Assembly (NCBI GenBank): GCA_965235115.1
Contig: OZ249439.1
Location: forward strand, 8,122,001 to 8,186,000
DNA length: 64,000 nt
Origin: Laetmonice hystrix
Taxonomy: Eukaryota
Direction of reading: 5' to 3'
A program made the position numbers and the translations under genes. The first letter of the stretch is position 1. Each line of letters starts with the position of its first letter. Positions 44,940 to 58,860 of this stretch are shown piece by piece. The notes under the pieces are model-generated. The model was not told where the DNA came from, ran no database searches, and worked only from the letters and a program-made list of their open reading frames with translations.

Positions 44940-46830
44940 TGTATACTGGCCCCAGACGACGTGACACAGCCATATAGGTGACATGATCGCGGTGGGGTAT
45001 ACTGGCCCCAGACGGCGTGACACAGCCATATAGGTGACATGATCGTGGTGGGGTATACTGGCCCCAGACGACGTGACACAGCCATATAGGTGACATGATC
45101 GTGGTGGGGTATACTGGCCCCAGACGACGTGACACATGATCGTGGTGGGGTATACTGGCCCCAGACGACGTGACACAGCCATATAGGTGACATGATCGTG
45201 GTGGGGTATACTGGCCCCAGACGACGTGACACAGCCATATAGGTGACATGATCGTGGTGGGGTATACTGGCCCCAGACGGCGTGACACATGATCGTGGTG
45301 GGGTATACTGGCCCCAGACGACGTGACACAGCCATATAGGTGACATGATCGTGGTGGGGTATACTGGCCCCAGACGACGTGACACAGCCATATAGGTGAC
45401 ATGATCGTGGTGGGGTATACTGGCCCCAGACGACGTGACACAGCCATATAGGTGACATGATCGCGGTGGGGTATACTGGCCCCAGACGACGTGACACAGC
45501 CATATAGGTGACATGATCGTGGTGGGGTATACTGGCCCCAGACGACGTGACACAGCCATATAGGTGACATGATCGTGGTGGGGTATACTGGCCCCAGACG
45601 ACGTGACACAGCCATATAGGTGACATGATCGTGGTGGGGTATACTGGCCCCAGACGACGTGACACAGCCATATAGGTGACATGATCGTGGTATACTGGCC
45701 CCAGACGACGTGACACAGCCATATAGGTGACATGATCGTGGTATACTGGCCCCAGACGGCGTGACACAGCCATATAGGTGACATGATCGTGGTGGGGTAT
45801 ACTGGCCCCAGACGACGTGACACAGCCATATAGGTGACATGATCGTGGTATACTGGCCCCAGACGACGTGACACAGCCATATAGGTGACATGATCGCGGT
45901 GGGGTATACTGGCCCCAGACGACGTGACACAGCCATATAGGTGACATGATCGTGGTATACTGGCCCCAGACGGCGTGACACAGCCATATAGGTGACATGA
46001 TCGTGGTGGGGTATACTGGCCCCAGACGACGTGACACAGCCATATAGGTGACATGATCGTGGTATACTGGCCCCAGACGACGTGACACAGCCATATAGGT
46101 GACATGATCGCGGTGGGGTATACTGGCCCCAGACGACGTGACACAGCCATATAGGTGACATGATCGTGGTGGGGTATACTGGCCCCAGACGACGTGACAC
46201 AGCCATATAGGTGACATGATCGTGGTGGGGTATACTGGCCCCAGACGACGTGACACAGCCATATAGGTGACATGATCGTGGTGGGGTATACTGGCCCCAG
46301 ACGACGTGACACAGCCATATAGGTGACATGATCGTGGTGGGGTATACTGGCCCCAGACGGCGTGACACAGCCATATAGGTGACATGATCGTGGTGGGGTA
46401 TACTGGCCCCAGACGACGTGACACAGCCATATAGGTGACATGATCGTGGTGGGGTATACTGGCCCCAGACGACGTGACACAGCCATATAGGTGACATGAT
46501 CGCGGTGGGGTATACTGGCCCCAGACGACGTGACACAGCCATATAGGTGACATGATCGTGGTGGGGTATACTGGCCCCAGACGACGTGACACAGCCATAT
46601 AGGTGACATGATCGTGGTGGGGTATACTGGCCCCAGACGGCGTGACACAGCCATATAGGTGACATGATCGTGGTGGGGTATACTGGCCCCAGACGACGTG
46701 ACACAGCCATATAGGTGACATGATCGTGGTGGGGTATACTGGCCCCAGACGGCGTGACACATGATCGTGGTGGGGTATACTGGCCACAGACGGCGTGACA
46801 CAGCCATATAGGTGACATGATCGTGGTGGG
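44940..46830. repeat. 56-bp minisatellite (about 34 copies, with deletion variants)
   Basis: gtatactggccccagacgacgtgacacagccatataggtgacatgatcgtggtggg; unit starts at 44941 and 44997. Confidence 0.97.
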
Positions 46831-48530
46831 ATCCACTCCACGTCACGCCCGGGTCCAGTTCGTCTCCGTCCATCACAGCACGTCCCACCAAACTCTGGAC
46901 CGGTGTGAGAGGAATCCAAGTCCCCCCGCAGGTCCGACGGATCTGCATTCCTAGGACTTGAAGTCCGTGATCTTGTATTATTTAAATATTTCTTCATAAT
47001 CCTATCCCTAATCCCAACCTTAACCCTAATCCATTTGTATTTTCTTTATTAGGCCTAGGCTATATTGTCTTATACCACGAAGTTGGTGACCAAGAAATCC
47101 AGGTCCGGTGGACCTCCATTCCGGAGGACTTGCATTTCGTTTCACGACCTGTCGTTAGCTTGTCATATCGTTAACACCAATGTATTTTCAATGGGGATTT
47201 TAACGCACGACAGAATAACATTGGTTGTGAACCGCACCCCTGGGTGACACGTGGCACCGTGACACGTGGTCATGGTGTGACATATGGTCTCATCACCGAC
47301 AGACCTGTCACAGAGAACTCCACGTCACCCAACCGGTCACCGACATTGTGACCACAATCAGTGGTCGTAGACTTGACCTTCACCTTGGCTGGCAACCAAC
47401 CAATCAGAAGCGTTTAGTCCAAGTTTTTATGTTTCGATATACTAAGCCCGGATGTAATTTTCCCCAGTATTCTCGTTGTCAGACGTCCCAGAGAAAACCT
47501 GGCTGGATCTCTGCAAACCCTGAGAGACAAATTCACGTACTTATCACAAACTGCGTTTGCCTCTGCTGTGCGGACTTCTGGTCTGGCTTTAACCGGTTGT
47601 TATCGACTTCAGCATGCCACTCACAGAAGGAGGATCGAATGTCTACGTAAGAAACGAGTCAGTTCTTAAACTGTTGACTGGGAGAGTTTTGTGTTTTAAA
47701 AATAACCTCACCTCACATGATCCGCTGTCTCAGACACGATTTCCATCTCATTTCGGTATCCTGGCCTTCCCCATTCTAACTAAAATAAAATCTCTCTAAG
47801 GGCTGTTCTGTATCTCTGTACTGACACTGTGAAACTTAAGCTTCCATTCTTGTCTTTCCTTCTCATATTTACTTTATTTATTTTCTTTAAAGATTTGTTG
47901 GCTCAAAGAGTTTTGTGTTCGCACTTTATTGTTACACTGACACCGAATTTAGACTAAGGACAACGGCATTCGTTTTCTGTCTGACATGATCTCTCCACAA
48001 CAAATACACCGACCAGCGTTGACCATAACTGGAGATCACCGCGCTATTATGGCAGTCTGGCCTTCAAAACTACTTCAAAACTACGATGTCCCATTGGGCC
48101 ATGTCTATGCAGTCGCCACTCCAGCTGTCAAACAGCCAATGACAACGCTCCACATGCCCACTGTGTCCTTCACAGACAATGTTCTCATGAGGGCTACAGA
48201 GGACCACCGCCAGCTGGGGAGGAGCACCTGTCAGAACAGATAGGAAAAGCCACCGTCCGATCTCAAATTGATCCATATCGGCAAGTCCCAGGGGCAGGAC
48301 ACCAAGAGAAGATGAGATTTAAAACTGAGTTAGAATGAATTAAATATTAATGTCACTGGGCAAGATGGGAAATAGAATTACACTGCCTTGTTATGCACTT
48401 CGCCTATAAATGCTTTCTTCCTACGCTTGTGAAGGAGTAGTCATTGCTCGCCTTGGGCGGTAATAATATCTGGCAGCAGGCGTTCGTTTTTAATTACAGC
48501 CAAGGCAGGTCTCTGTCACTTGAATCGCTG

Positions 48531-48716
48531 CGGGACGAGGTGCGACCAATGGCCGGGAGGAGACAGGAGACGTCCCCGGAAGGAGCTAACACTGCACGGA
48601 GAGTGACACAAGACAAGCCGTGTCGGGACGAGGTGCGACCAATGACCGGGAGGAGACAGGAGACGTCCCCGGAAGGAGCTAACACTGCACGGAGGGTGAC
48701 ACAAGACAAGTCGTGT
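48531..48716. repeat. 93-bp tandem duplication (2 copies)
   Basis: cgggacgaggtgcgaccaat... begins at 48531 and 48624. Confidence 0.92.
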
Positions 48717-48996
48717 CGGCAGAGTGTATGTTCAGGGACGCTCGCTGGGGGGAGATAGCACGTCTCAACAAAAAGCCTTTGTCAGATGTTCTGAAAGTCT
48801 ATAAATAAACAGAGGGTCGAAGCGTATACAAGGACCCCGAGTGGGGGTGAGGTGGTGAGGGTGGGGTGGTGGTGGAGGGGTTCTTTATACCTGTACCAGT
48901 ATGGAAGTATTTTATGATCAGACGAGTGGCACTGAGTGCCCGCACCTTGTGTCAGCAATCCTTTCACATATCTATCCTCATATCTCGAGCCAACAC

Positions 48997-49518
48997 GTAC
49001 AGGTAGACCGGCGTATACAGGAGGTCGATCAGTACAAGTATACCATGACGGCATGAGGCAGGCACGACTCGAGCAACAACTACACGTACAGGTAGACCGG
49101 CGTATACAGGAGGTCGATCAGTACAAGTATACCATGACGGCATGAGGCAGGCACGACTCGAGCAACAACTACACGTACAGGTACACCGGCGTATACAGGA
49201 GGTCGATCAGTACAAGTATACCATGACGGCATGAGGCAGGCACGACTCGAGCAACAACTACACGTACAGGTACACCGGCGTATACAGGAGGTCGATCAGT
49301 ACAAGTATACCATGACGGCATGAGGCAGGCACGACTCGAGCAACAACTACACGTACAGGTAGACCGGCGTATACAGGAGGTCGATCAGTACAAGTATACC
49401 ATGATGAGGCAGGCACGACTCGAGCAACAACTACACGTACAGGTACACCGGCGTATACAGGAGGTCGATCAGTACAAGTATACCAGCATGAGGCAGGCAC
49501 GACTCGAGCAACAACTAC
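48997..49518. repeat. 89-bp minisatellite (about 6 copies)
   Basis: gtacaggtagaccgg begins at 48997 and 49086. Confidence 0.95.
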
Positions 49519-50702
49519 GGCACCAACTTCGTCAGCGTCTCGTTTCTCATTTCATGACGCTAGTTAACAATTACCTGACAATTAAAACACAATCAGCACA
49601 CATGTGCGGAGAGATTAAATTAAATGTAGAACTCTACGCTGAAAGTTTCTTGAAGACATAGGATTATTTCTTCATCACAGGCAGTTCGATGTCCTGTGTC
49701 TGGTGTTTGTAGCTGACACTACAATAGAGATCTATAGATACTTCCATATAATATGATTTTTAATATCATGCATAGAATATGACTTCCTAAAGAATTCTCT
49801 CACTGTCTGAAGTTCCTTCTTCATTATAACAGTGGCGGATCGGCGGGGGGGGGGGGGGGTATCATACGAAGTATCTTTTTCTTATCTTCTGTTTGAAAGG
49901 TTCAAACATACACCCCACCCCACCCCTTGACACCCCCTTTGGCTCCAACCTGGATCACAAATGAGGTGCCTTGGTATGGGCGGAGACTTGGACCATCCAG
50001 TCTTATTTCTCCGCAACGGCTTACAAGACGAGGCGGCAGTTTACCCTCACATTACAGTTTGTACATACTATTATATATCGGGTAGTAAACATGTTTTCAT
50101 TTCTGATTGATAGTTGTGTCACACGTGAAATGCACAGTAACTTTACTTAATATAATGTAAAATAGCAGTGAGTGGTCCTGCGACCCAGTGTCCCGTAAAC
50201 ATGAAGGGGACCCGGAAGATGTTCTTGATGTTAAAAACTAATGAATATAGTGGATTATGTAAATTGCCTGCCTGGACGTGTCAACTGTTGGACGTGGAAG
50301 TACGGCTATCTGTCCCCAGGGGGCGTGCTTAGACACTGCGTGTGTCGGCAGTGGACGTTCAGCTTACCCCATCACCGTCACCTTGACAACACCCTGTCAG
50401 TATGTGGTCACCTTGGGGACCGCCCCTACGTCTACATTTATATTCACATTACCCTGCTTACAACATCTAACCTCTCGTTTTCTAATCCCACAGACAGGCG
50501 GTATTAAAGTTAACCTATACTGTTAGAATAATATCATCTTGTAACCGCACTATCTGACAGGAGGGAATTAATACATGTTGGTTTGTTTCTTGTTAAAACC
50601 TTTCAGTTTTCTGACATCATGATTAACTCCCTTTCTCCGTGTTTTTCTCCAGCACGTGTCTGGGGAAATCAGTGAGTGGTCAGGTCAAATTGACGGTGCG
50701 CA

Positions 50703-50716
50703 ACGCCATCTGGTGG
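50703..50716 (-). promoter_or_regulatory. CTCF-like binding motif
   Basis: Minus-strand CCACCAGATGGCGT closely matches the bilaterian CTCF core; motif evidence only. Confidence 0.35.
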
Positions 50717-50928
50717 GACGCGTCCCCGCCCCATTCCTGATGAACGCGGTTTGGTTTGGTGGAACATGGGTGTGAGAAAAACCATCACCTCATGCCTTCC
50801 TCACCCCTACCCCGAGCCACGGGAGGTTGGGGCAGGGCACCCACTTTGCGGGGAGTAGAGAAAAGCCGGAGAACCTATTTCTTCTGGTACCCTATAGAGT
50901 CAATGCCATATGAGGGAGGTTTTCAAAG

Positions 50929-53077
50929 ATCTCTCCCCTGGATCTGGTCGTAGTCTCTCATGGGTGAGTTTTTATCTCTCCCCTGGATCTGGTAGTAGTC
51001 TCTGGGTGAGTTTTTATCTCTCCCCTGGATCTGGTAGTAGTCTCTGGGTCAGTTTTTATCTCTCCCCGGGATCTGGTAGTAGTCTCTGGGTGAGTTTTTA
51101 TCTCTCCCCGGGATCTGGTAGTAGTCTCTGGGTGAGTTTTTATCTCTCCCCGGGATCTGGTAGTAGTCTCTGGGTGAGTTTTTATCTCTCCCCGGGATCT
51201 GGTAGTAGTCTCTGGGTGAGTTTTTATCTCTCCCCGGGATCTGGTAGTAGTCTCTGGGTGAGTTTTTATCTCTCCCCGGGATCTGGTAGTAGTCTCTGGG
51301 TGAGTTTTTATCTCTCCCCGGGATCTGGTAGTAGTCTCTGGGTCAGTTTTTATCTCTCCCCGGGATCTGGTAGTAGTCTCTGGGTCAGTTTTTATCTCTC
51401 CCCTAGATCTGGTAGTAGTCTCTGGGTGAGTTTTTATCTCTCCCCGGGATCTGGTAGTAGTCTCTGGGTCAGTTTTTATCTCTCCCCTAGATCTGGTAGT
51501 AGTCTCTGGGTCAGTTTATACCGAGAAACTAGCCTAACCATCGCACTTGTACTCCGCTATGTAGAGAGACATTAGCGTTTGGAAGTTTGTATTTGTAGTC
51601 AGCATTACCTAAATTTTTATCTCTCCCCGGGATCTGGTAGTAGTCTCTGGGTCAGTTTTTATCTCTCCCCGGGATCTGGTAGTAGTCTCTGGGTCAGTTT
51701 TTATCTCTCCCCGGGATCTGGTAGTAGTCTCTGGGTGAGTTTTTATCTCTCCCCTAGATCTGGTAGTAGTCTCTGGGTCAGTTTTTATCTCTCCCCGGGA
51801 TCTGGTAGTAGTCTCTGGGTCAGTTTTTATCTCTCCCCGGGATCTGGTAGTGTCTGGGTCAGTTTTTATCTCTCCCGGGATCTTGTAGTAGTCTCTGGGT
51901 GAGTTTTTATATCTCCCCGGGATCTGGTAGTAGTCTATGGGTGAGTTTTTATCTCTCCCCGGGATCTGGTAGTAGTCTCTGGGTGAGTTTTTATCTCTCC
52001 CCTAGATCTGGTAGTAGTCTCTGGGTGAGTTTTTATCTCTCCCCGGGATCTGGTAGTAGTCTCTGGGTGAGTTTTTATCTCTCCCCGGGATCTGGTAGTA
52101 GTCTCTGGGTGAGTTTATATCTCTCCCCGGGATCTGGTAGTAGTCTCTGGGTGAGTTTTTATCTCTCCCCGGAATCTGGTAGTAGTCTCTGGGTCAGTTT
52201 TTATCTCTCCCCGGGATCTGGTAGTAGTCTCTGGGTGAGTTTTTATCTCTCCCCGGGATCTGGTAGTAGTCTTTGGGTCAGGTTTTATCTCTCCCCTGGA
52301 TCTGGTAGTAGTCTCTGGGTCCGTTTTTATCTCTCCCGGGATCTGGTAGTAGTCTCTGGGTGAGTTTCTATCTCTCCCCGGGATCTGGTAGTAGTCTCTG
52401 GGTGAGTTTTTGTCTCTCCCCTGGATCTGGTAGTAGTCTTTGGGTCAGTTTTTATCTCTCCCCGGGATCTGGTAGTAGTCTCTGGGTCAGTTTTTATCTC
52501 TCCCGGGATCTGGTAGTAGTCTTTGGGTCAGGTTTTATCTCTCCCCGGGATCTGGTAGTAGTCTCTGGGTGAGTTTTTATCTCTCCCCGGGATCTGGTAG
52601 TAGTCTCTGGGTGAGTTTTTATCTCTCCCCTGGATCTGGTAGTAGTCTCTGGGTGAGTTTTTATCTCTCCCCGGGATCTGGTAGTAGTCTCTGGGTGAGT
52701 TTTTATCTCTCCCCGGGATCTGGTAGTAGTCTCTGGGTGAGTTTTTATCTCTCCCCGGGATCTGGTAGTAGTCTCTGGGTGAGTTTTTATCTCTCCCCGG
52801 GATCTGGTAGTAGTCTCTGGGTGAGTTTTTATCTCTCCCCGGGATCTGGTAGTAGTCTCTGGGTCAGTTTTTATCTCTCCCCGGGATCTGGTAGTAGTCT
52901 CTGGGTGAGTTTTTATCTCTCCCCGGGATCTGGTAGTAGTCTCTGGGTGAGTTTTTATCTCTCCCCTAGATCTGGTAGTAGTCTCTGGGTGAGTTTTTAT
53001 CTCTCCCCGGGATCTGGTAGTAGTCTCTGGGTCAGTTTTTATCTCTCCCCTAGATCTGGTAGTAGTCTCTGGGTCAG
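50929..53077. repeat. 42-bp minisatellite interrupted by a duplicated 100-bp flank segment
   Basis: tttttatctctccccgggatctggtagtagtctctgggtgag; the unique segment at 51516-51616 recurs at 53078-53178. Confidence 0.97.
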
Positions 53078-56000
53078 TTTATACCGAGAAACTAGCCTAA
53101 CCATCGCACTTGTACTCCGCTATGTAGAGAGACATTAGCGTTTGGAAGTTTGTATTTGTAGTCAGCATTACCTAAATTAATTCACGCGCATGACTTTCGT
53201 GTACGTGGTGGAAAGATCAAGTTTGTAATGCCGACAAAGTTCTGCGTTGCACCAGCTAAGGCAGCACGCGCAGTTCACGACAGGCGAGACAGCACGTGCG
53301 TGGCAGAGACGCCAGGTACTGATTGCTGCATCCGGTTCCGTCCCCGTGAGGTTCAATTTAAAGGTTTTCTGAGGTCACAGACTGTACAACAGACAGGCGT
53401 TGCCATACCTGTCCTCCCCTCCTCCTCCCTCCGGTCTAACTTTATTTGACAGCCACAGACGTGTCACGTTAGCGGAGGGGCAGACGATTAAAGGCATGCA
53501 GAGGATGCCAATACACTAGATTTATCACCGCTTCTATTCCTATAATAGCCACCCATTCCTGCTGCATTCTATATTCTATCTAACATTTCCCTCTGCACTC
53601 CATCCATGCAAGCAGTGTATGGGCGAACATGAGATTATACAAACCGTGGAAAGAATAGACTACATGTGGCAATAAATGTACCAAGAATATTATTCGTGGT
53701 CAAAGATGGGAGCGATGGGACAATTTCCATAGTGAATGGTCTCCTCCGCTCGGGCGTATTCCTCGCCATTTATTTACGACTGTGAGTTAAAGGATTAAAT
53801 GAAGTCACTCAGATGTGTTTGCTATCCCCTCCCCGTTCTAAACGTCGAGTCCATCCTTTCAATTCAAAATCTCAATCAAATGAAGCAGTGATATTTAAAT
53901 CGCTAAGAAATCGCCAGAAAAGTCCTCCTATTGGGACCGAGCGTTAACAGCACGACTGAAGGCACAATAACCGTGCTGAGTGCAATGGCTTCTCTGAATG
54001 CCACAGTAATACTGAAGGAAATGGCTACAAATCTAAAGTTAAGTCCATATTGAGTTTACACGGGCAATGGATCCATCAAGGCAGTACTCCTCTACCTCAT
54101 GCACGCAATCTGTTCAACAACTGTATCATTGCTGACTGCGTGCGTCTGGTACACCGACCCCTCTTCATGTGGATTGGGTACACTTCAAAGGCTCTTCCTA
54201 TTCAAAGGGGGCGGAGGTTCTATTCTGTTAAAGCTTATCGGTGCTGAAGAAAGGACAAGGGAAGGGTGGGGGTTCCTCCTGGTGGCGTCTGGTTGTGGGG
54301 GGTCCTCCAGAGCAGTGGTGATACCGCAGGTCTTCTCCAGTACGTCGCCATTGATCACCGACACTTGCAAGCAAGGCCCTCCTGGCGAGTCATTGATTTC
54401 ATGGTACAGCCTCTACAAGGTGATCCTCGTCTCTGCCCCCCCCCCCCACAATACAACCTCCTCCAGGGCGGAGATCCTCCAGTGCGCACACCACCGAACC
54501 AATCTTTACTCCCAGTTTCCCCTCCAGCTCCTGAGGTGCCTGCTCCATCGCCGTCAGTGTCTACGGTGTCCGACAGGTGGCCTCGGGTCAAATCTGGCGC
54601 ACTCACAACTTTTACAACAATAACCTACCAAATATACCCTCTCTATGCCCTCAGTCGGGTTCTAGAGGTTCACATACAGGCATTTCATACTCCCCAGGCA
54701 GTCATTTAGGGCACTACTTTATTGCCACATACTAATATTTCGTATGACAAAGAGTCTCAAACAAAGTGATTGTAAGAATGATCGTCTGGTCTAGGTGTCG
54801 TTTAGGAAGAGTTCCCCAGCGCTTTGTGGAGGCACCCATTCTTCAAGCAGACGTGGGTCTGTGAAGGCTTTCCCGGCAGTACTGGCCCCGGTTTCGGAAA
54901 GGCTCTAATCAGTTGCCACCGTTGCCCTGCTTAGCTTCAAGCTTACTGCATAGAGCCTTAGAGTGCGCGACCGGTGGTTTTACGCCTCGTCAGCATTTCG
55001 TGGCCATTTTTAGTTAACTGTGTTCGTCGTATTGAACAATATTTGTGATATCAATTGAGATCATCAGCCAATACACATATCTGACAAGTCGTGTGTTTCT
55101 ACTAAAGTGGTTGCTCTCGGCGGGGAGACACAGTTTGACAGCACACCAATGTTAGGCGACCAAAACCTCAATATCGGAGAGATCAAACGACCACACGTTG
55201 CAAGTTCTAAGCAGAGAAAATCAGTGAAGATGACGACGGAATGAGCTATATGAACACGTACTGATAACGGATAGGGACATCTTGATAAACGTCGCCAGTG
55301 TTTGTCCATTACCTCGGGAATGTTTGAGATATATTTGTTCGGTGGCAGATGTTGGGTGGTCGGACGCAGGTGTACAAACAGAGGTGTTTTTCTTACACTC
55401 AGGGCCTACTCAGTGCCTCCGGCGCTGAAGTCGGGTGGCAGTTCCCGCTAGAATTTCACGCGGTCCACTTCAGCCAGTCACAGTACTGAGACTAGAGAGC
55501 GTCAGTTTCAAACACTTACATAGAGACGCATAGATAACAGATTGGTTTCTCAAAACAGGTAATTCGTCCTGTTTCTGGACGGTCGGTCTCCGACTGTCGG
55601 TCTCCAGCCCTCAAAGGTTGCTTACACTCATGTTGGTTCACACTTTGAGATCTAGCACAAAGAAAGTCATACACTTTCTCCAAATGTCTTAACCTAATCT
55701 TCTTCTACTCGTATCAACCCGCCTGTTACTACTGATCATCCACTCCAACTATTGCCTTTTTTTTATTCCAACCGAAAGCAGAAAGCGGCCAAGGTTGATC
55801 ATTGGCACCACCATGAAAAGGTGGTGGCCACACCGGTCACGGTACTTGACTTTCGATGGCCGATCGGGGCCACTCGGACGAGTCCAAGATACAAATATAT
55901 TCAACTGGACCGACGAACCCAGCGTCATTTAGGGGTGTTCGCCGTTCATTTCTCAAACTGCCAACCTGATGACTAAGTGAGATAGACCACGGCCACCCCT

Positions 56001-57935
56001 CATGTCTTCATGCTCGGCGTATAACCTGCATTAAGGCATTCGTTGGCCGTGGTCTATCCCTGACATAGTAACATAAAACATCTCAAATTATCGATTGTTT
56101 TCATATTCAGTCTACCGAAATGACAATTTTCTGACACATCTCTGTTGATTCCACCAGATTCCATTTTTTAAGAACCAACTGTATCTTCATCCGTCACACT
56201 GTGGTTCACCCGTCACACTGAGTGCAGTATGTGTACTGGAACCGACTACTACGATACTGTACGAGGAGTTAGGTATACAAAAAATAGTTGTGCTTTCAGT
56301 CCATCACTTCACCATGATATTACGACAGATTTCTAAGTAAAGGCTTCCGCTTGGTATGAGTAATAACCCTGCCGTTGTCGTAATTAATCAATACATAATT
56401 CACCGTGTTTCTCTAGGTTCGATCATCTAAACATATTTTAAGGTTCTCAGTCGCATGAGTTTGAGTTCAGAATCTAGAAATCTTTAGGACATATCAAGTG
56501 AGCCTTGATGTATACGAGGTGCAGATGTCACGGGGTGCATGCAGTATGGTATAGTGAGGCCGTCGACCACTGATTCCGTGACGCGGTTGGTAGGACGACA
56601 CACACTTGGCTGGTGATTAGATGTTGTCAATTACTACCTGTACATTACCAGTAATTAGCCATGATTGGAGTGGCGCTTACAAGGCGGGCTGGCGTCGGTC
56701 CAGCCCTCTGCCGCCGGTTACAATGACACATACAGGCCGTGAGGTGATCCACGGAACCAATACAGTGATGACACAACCTTGATGTTTTATTCACCATAGC
56801 AACTAATAGATTTATTGTTATAATCATCTGTATCCGTAAAAATAACAAACATGCACGGAAGACTTCCCCCTTAGGAGATTCAAATGTTGTTTTTTGTTTA
56901 TTCCATTCCTCATTTTTCTTTTTCTGAGAAGACCACGTCGACTTTAACTTGATAGGAATAAATATAAAATGTAGCATTCTTGTAAATAATGCACGCTTCT
57001 ACGATGTTCCTCAGAGCCCCATACCATCGCACCAGGACATCAACTCGATTTTAGTCAAATGAAATAAGACACTGATTGTGCTAATCGATAAAGAATTAAG
57101 TCATTTAACTCAAATGGGAATAGACTTAACTAAATTGGTGCTCTGGTATGCCATGTCCATATGCATCTATTTGGTAACGTTCGCAAATGAAATTTAGAGA
57201 TTATAGTAATCAGATACTCACATTACAACGTCAGTTGGTAGAATATAACACTTCACTAATGACAATTTAAAGATTTTGTAATAATCTAGTTCCATTTAAA
57301 TCTGTGACGATTACCGCTACTTCTTATGTTGCCTACCGTTATAAATGAATTTTAACTGCGATGACACCATATCTCTTCATTACAATAAAATACGGGATTA
57401 TCGTATTATCGTTAAATGTAAACCCGTAAATCGTAATCCTGGGGAAGGTGACAGAGATACAGGGGGCCCGTGCCCCCTTTAGCGTCCCAACAGTATGTAG
57501 TTACAGAAGTCCTACATATAGCAAAAGAGCTTTAGTAATGCAAACAGTCATGGATTGTTTTCCTGTGCCCCCCCCCCCCCTTAGTGAAATCCTGGATCCA
57601 CCATGGCAGATATACAGAATCACCCCTTGCGGACGAGGAGGTCATGGCTCCGAGCTCACACAGCTTTGATCTAAATGACCCAAGACCAAACTCAGTCATG
57701 GCTGTTGCTTTTCATGAACGTTTCTCTATGTAGAGTGGTAGCTAACGTTAGACCTGTCTCCATCATGGCCATCATGAAATATAATTACACTCAGACTGGC
57801 CAGCATTAATCAAATGTAACAAAATGAAATTAAAGGCGTAATTCAATTGTACCATGGTTGTTTTTTTCAAACTTGGATCAATTTACTAGCCGGAATCGTC
57901 AACAATAATGAAAGTCAAGGTTGATTATAATATCA

Positions 57936-58860
57936 GAAAAGTCATGGTATGCTTATAATACATGCATAAGGAACGTCATGGTATGTTTATAATAGAAGGA
58001 ATGTCATGGTATGCTATATAAGGAAAGTAATGGTATGCTTATGTGTTAGGAAAGTTATGGTATGTTTATAATATAAAGCCGGCCACACACCAAGGAAACT
58101 GGGTCAGTCGCAGAGACTGACCAGTCGGGACCAGTTTTATGGCGCTAAGACTAGGTGTGTGCCCCCCGCACACACCGAGCCGACTCCCGACTGACAGTCG
58201 TTGATGCGATGGATGCGCCCCACCCGGAAATTTTCCATACTAAGCATGCAACTACAGCGCGACATGTGGAACTTTGCTCAAACCACCAAAGTTCAAGTAG
58301 GTCGTACAGGATCGAAAATTGATCAAATCCATCCAGGTGAAATGAATGGCACTTGAACAAATCATGCTATCCTGCCATGATACTGCCCCGGCTGTTGAGT
58401 TAAAATAGTCCTTCAATAATATAATTTAGTTTATAATTATGGAAAATGGACCCGAAATTTGTTGGTGGTTTGAGTCTGATGCGCATGTGCTTGCCATCAA
58501 GTGCTCCAACACAATGAGGAAAATGATTGGCTTTTGCCTCTCAGCCGACTAAAGACTGCCGACTGTCAACACACACCGAGTCGGGAGTCGGGAGTCGCAG
58601 TCTTTCATATTCAACATGTTTAATCTGAAAAACTGGCCGTCGCCGACTGGCAAAGACCGTCTCGTCGGGTCGTAGGCGCGCACACACCAAGGAAACTGTC
58701 CAGTCCGGTCGGGTCGGATGACCCAGTTTCTCTGGTGTGTGGCCGGCTTTAGGAAGGTTATGGTATGTTTATATTATAAGGAAAGTAATGGTATGCTTAT
58801 AATATAAGGAAAGTAATGGTATCTACTTATAATATAAGGACGGTCATGGTATGCTTATGA
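57936..58860. repeat. About 28-bp degenerate minisatellite split by a MITE
   Basis: aggaaagtaatggtatgcttataatata variants on both sides of 58077-58748. Confidence 0.8.
58077..58748. mobile_element. Non-autonomous TIR element (MITE), PIF/Harbinger-like
   Basis: 30-bp terminal inverted repeats (58077-58106 and 58719-58748, 28/30 matching), flanked by TAA and TTA; no transposase ORF. Confidence 0.8.

Noticed and set aside
49830-49961. cagtggcggatc plus G-run resembling a hAT-type MITE end (similar C-run/ggatcc end near 57560-57606)
   Set aside because: No matching opposite terminus or target duplication could be defined.
50230-50760. Possible plus-strand exons (strong acceptor at 50652; protein-like frames at 50241-50526)
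   Set aside because: Several frames look equally plausible and none can be linked to another exon.
50910-53138. VSFYLSPGSGSSLW repeat ORFs
   Set aside because: Result of a 42-bp (3n) unit lacking a stop in one frame; no ATG start or splice support.
41045-54473. Identical 15-mer tcctccagggcggag at 41045 and 54459
   Set aside because: About two such 15-mer pairs are expected by chance in 64 kb, and the flanks do not align.
54099-54709. Overlapping 60-174 aa ORFs on both strands
   Set aside because: GC-rich region with no recognisable domain; strand and frame are undecidable.
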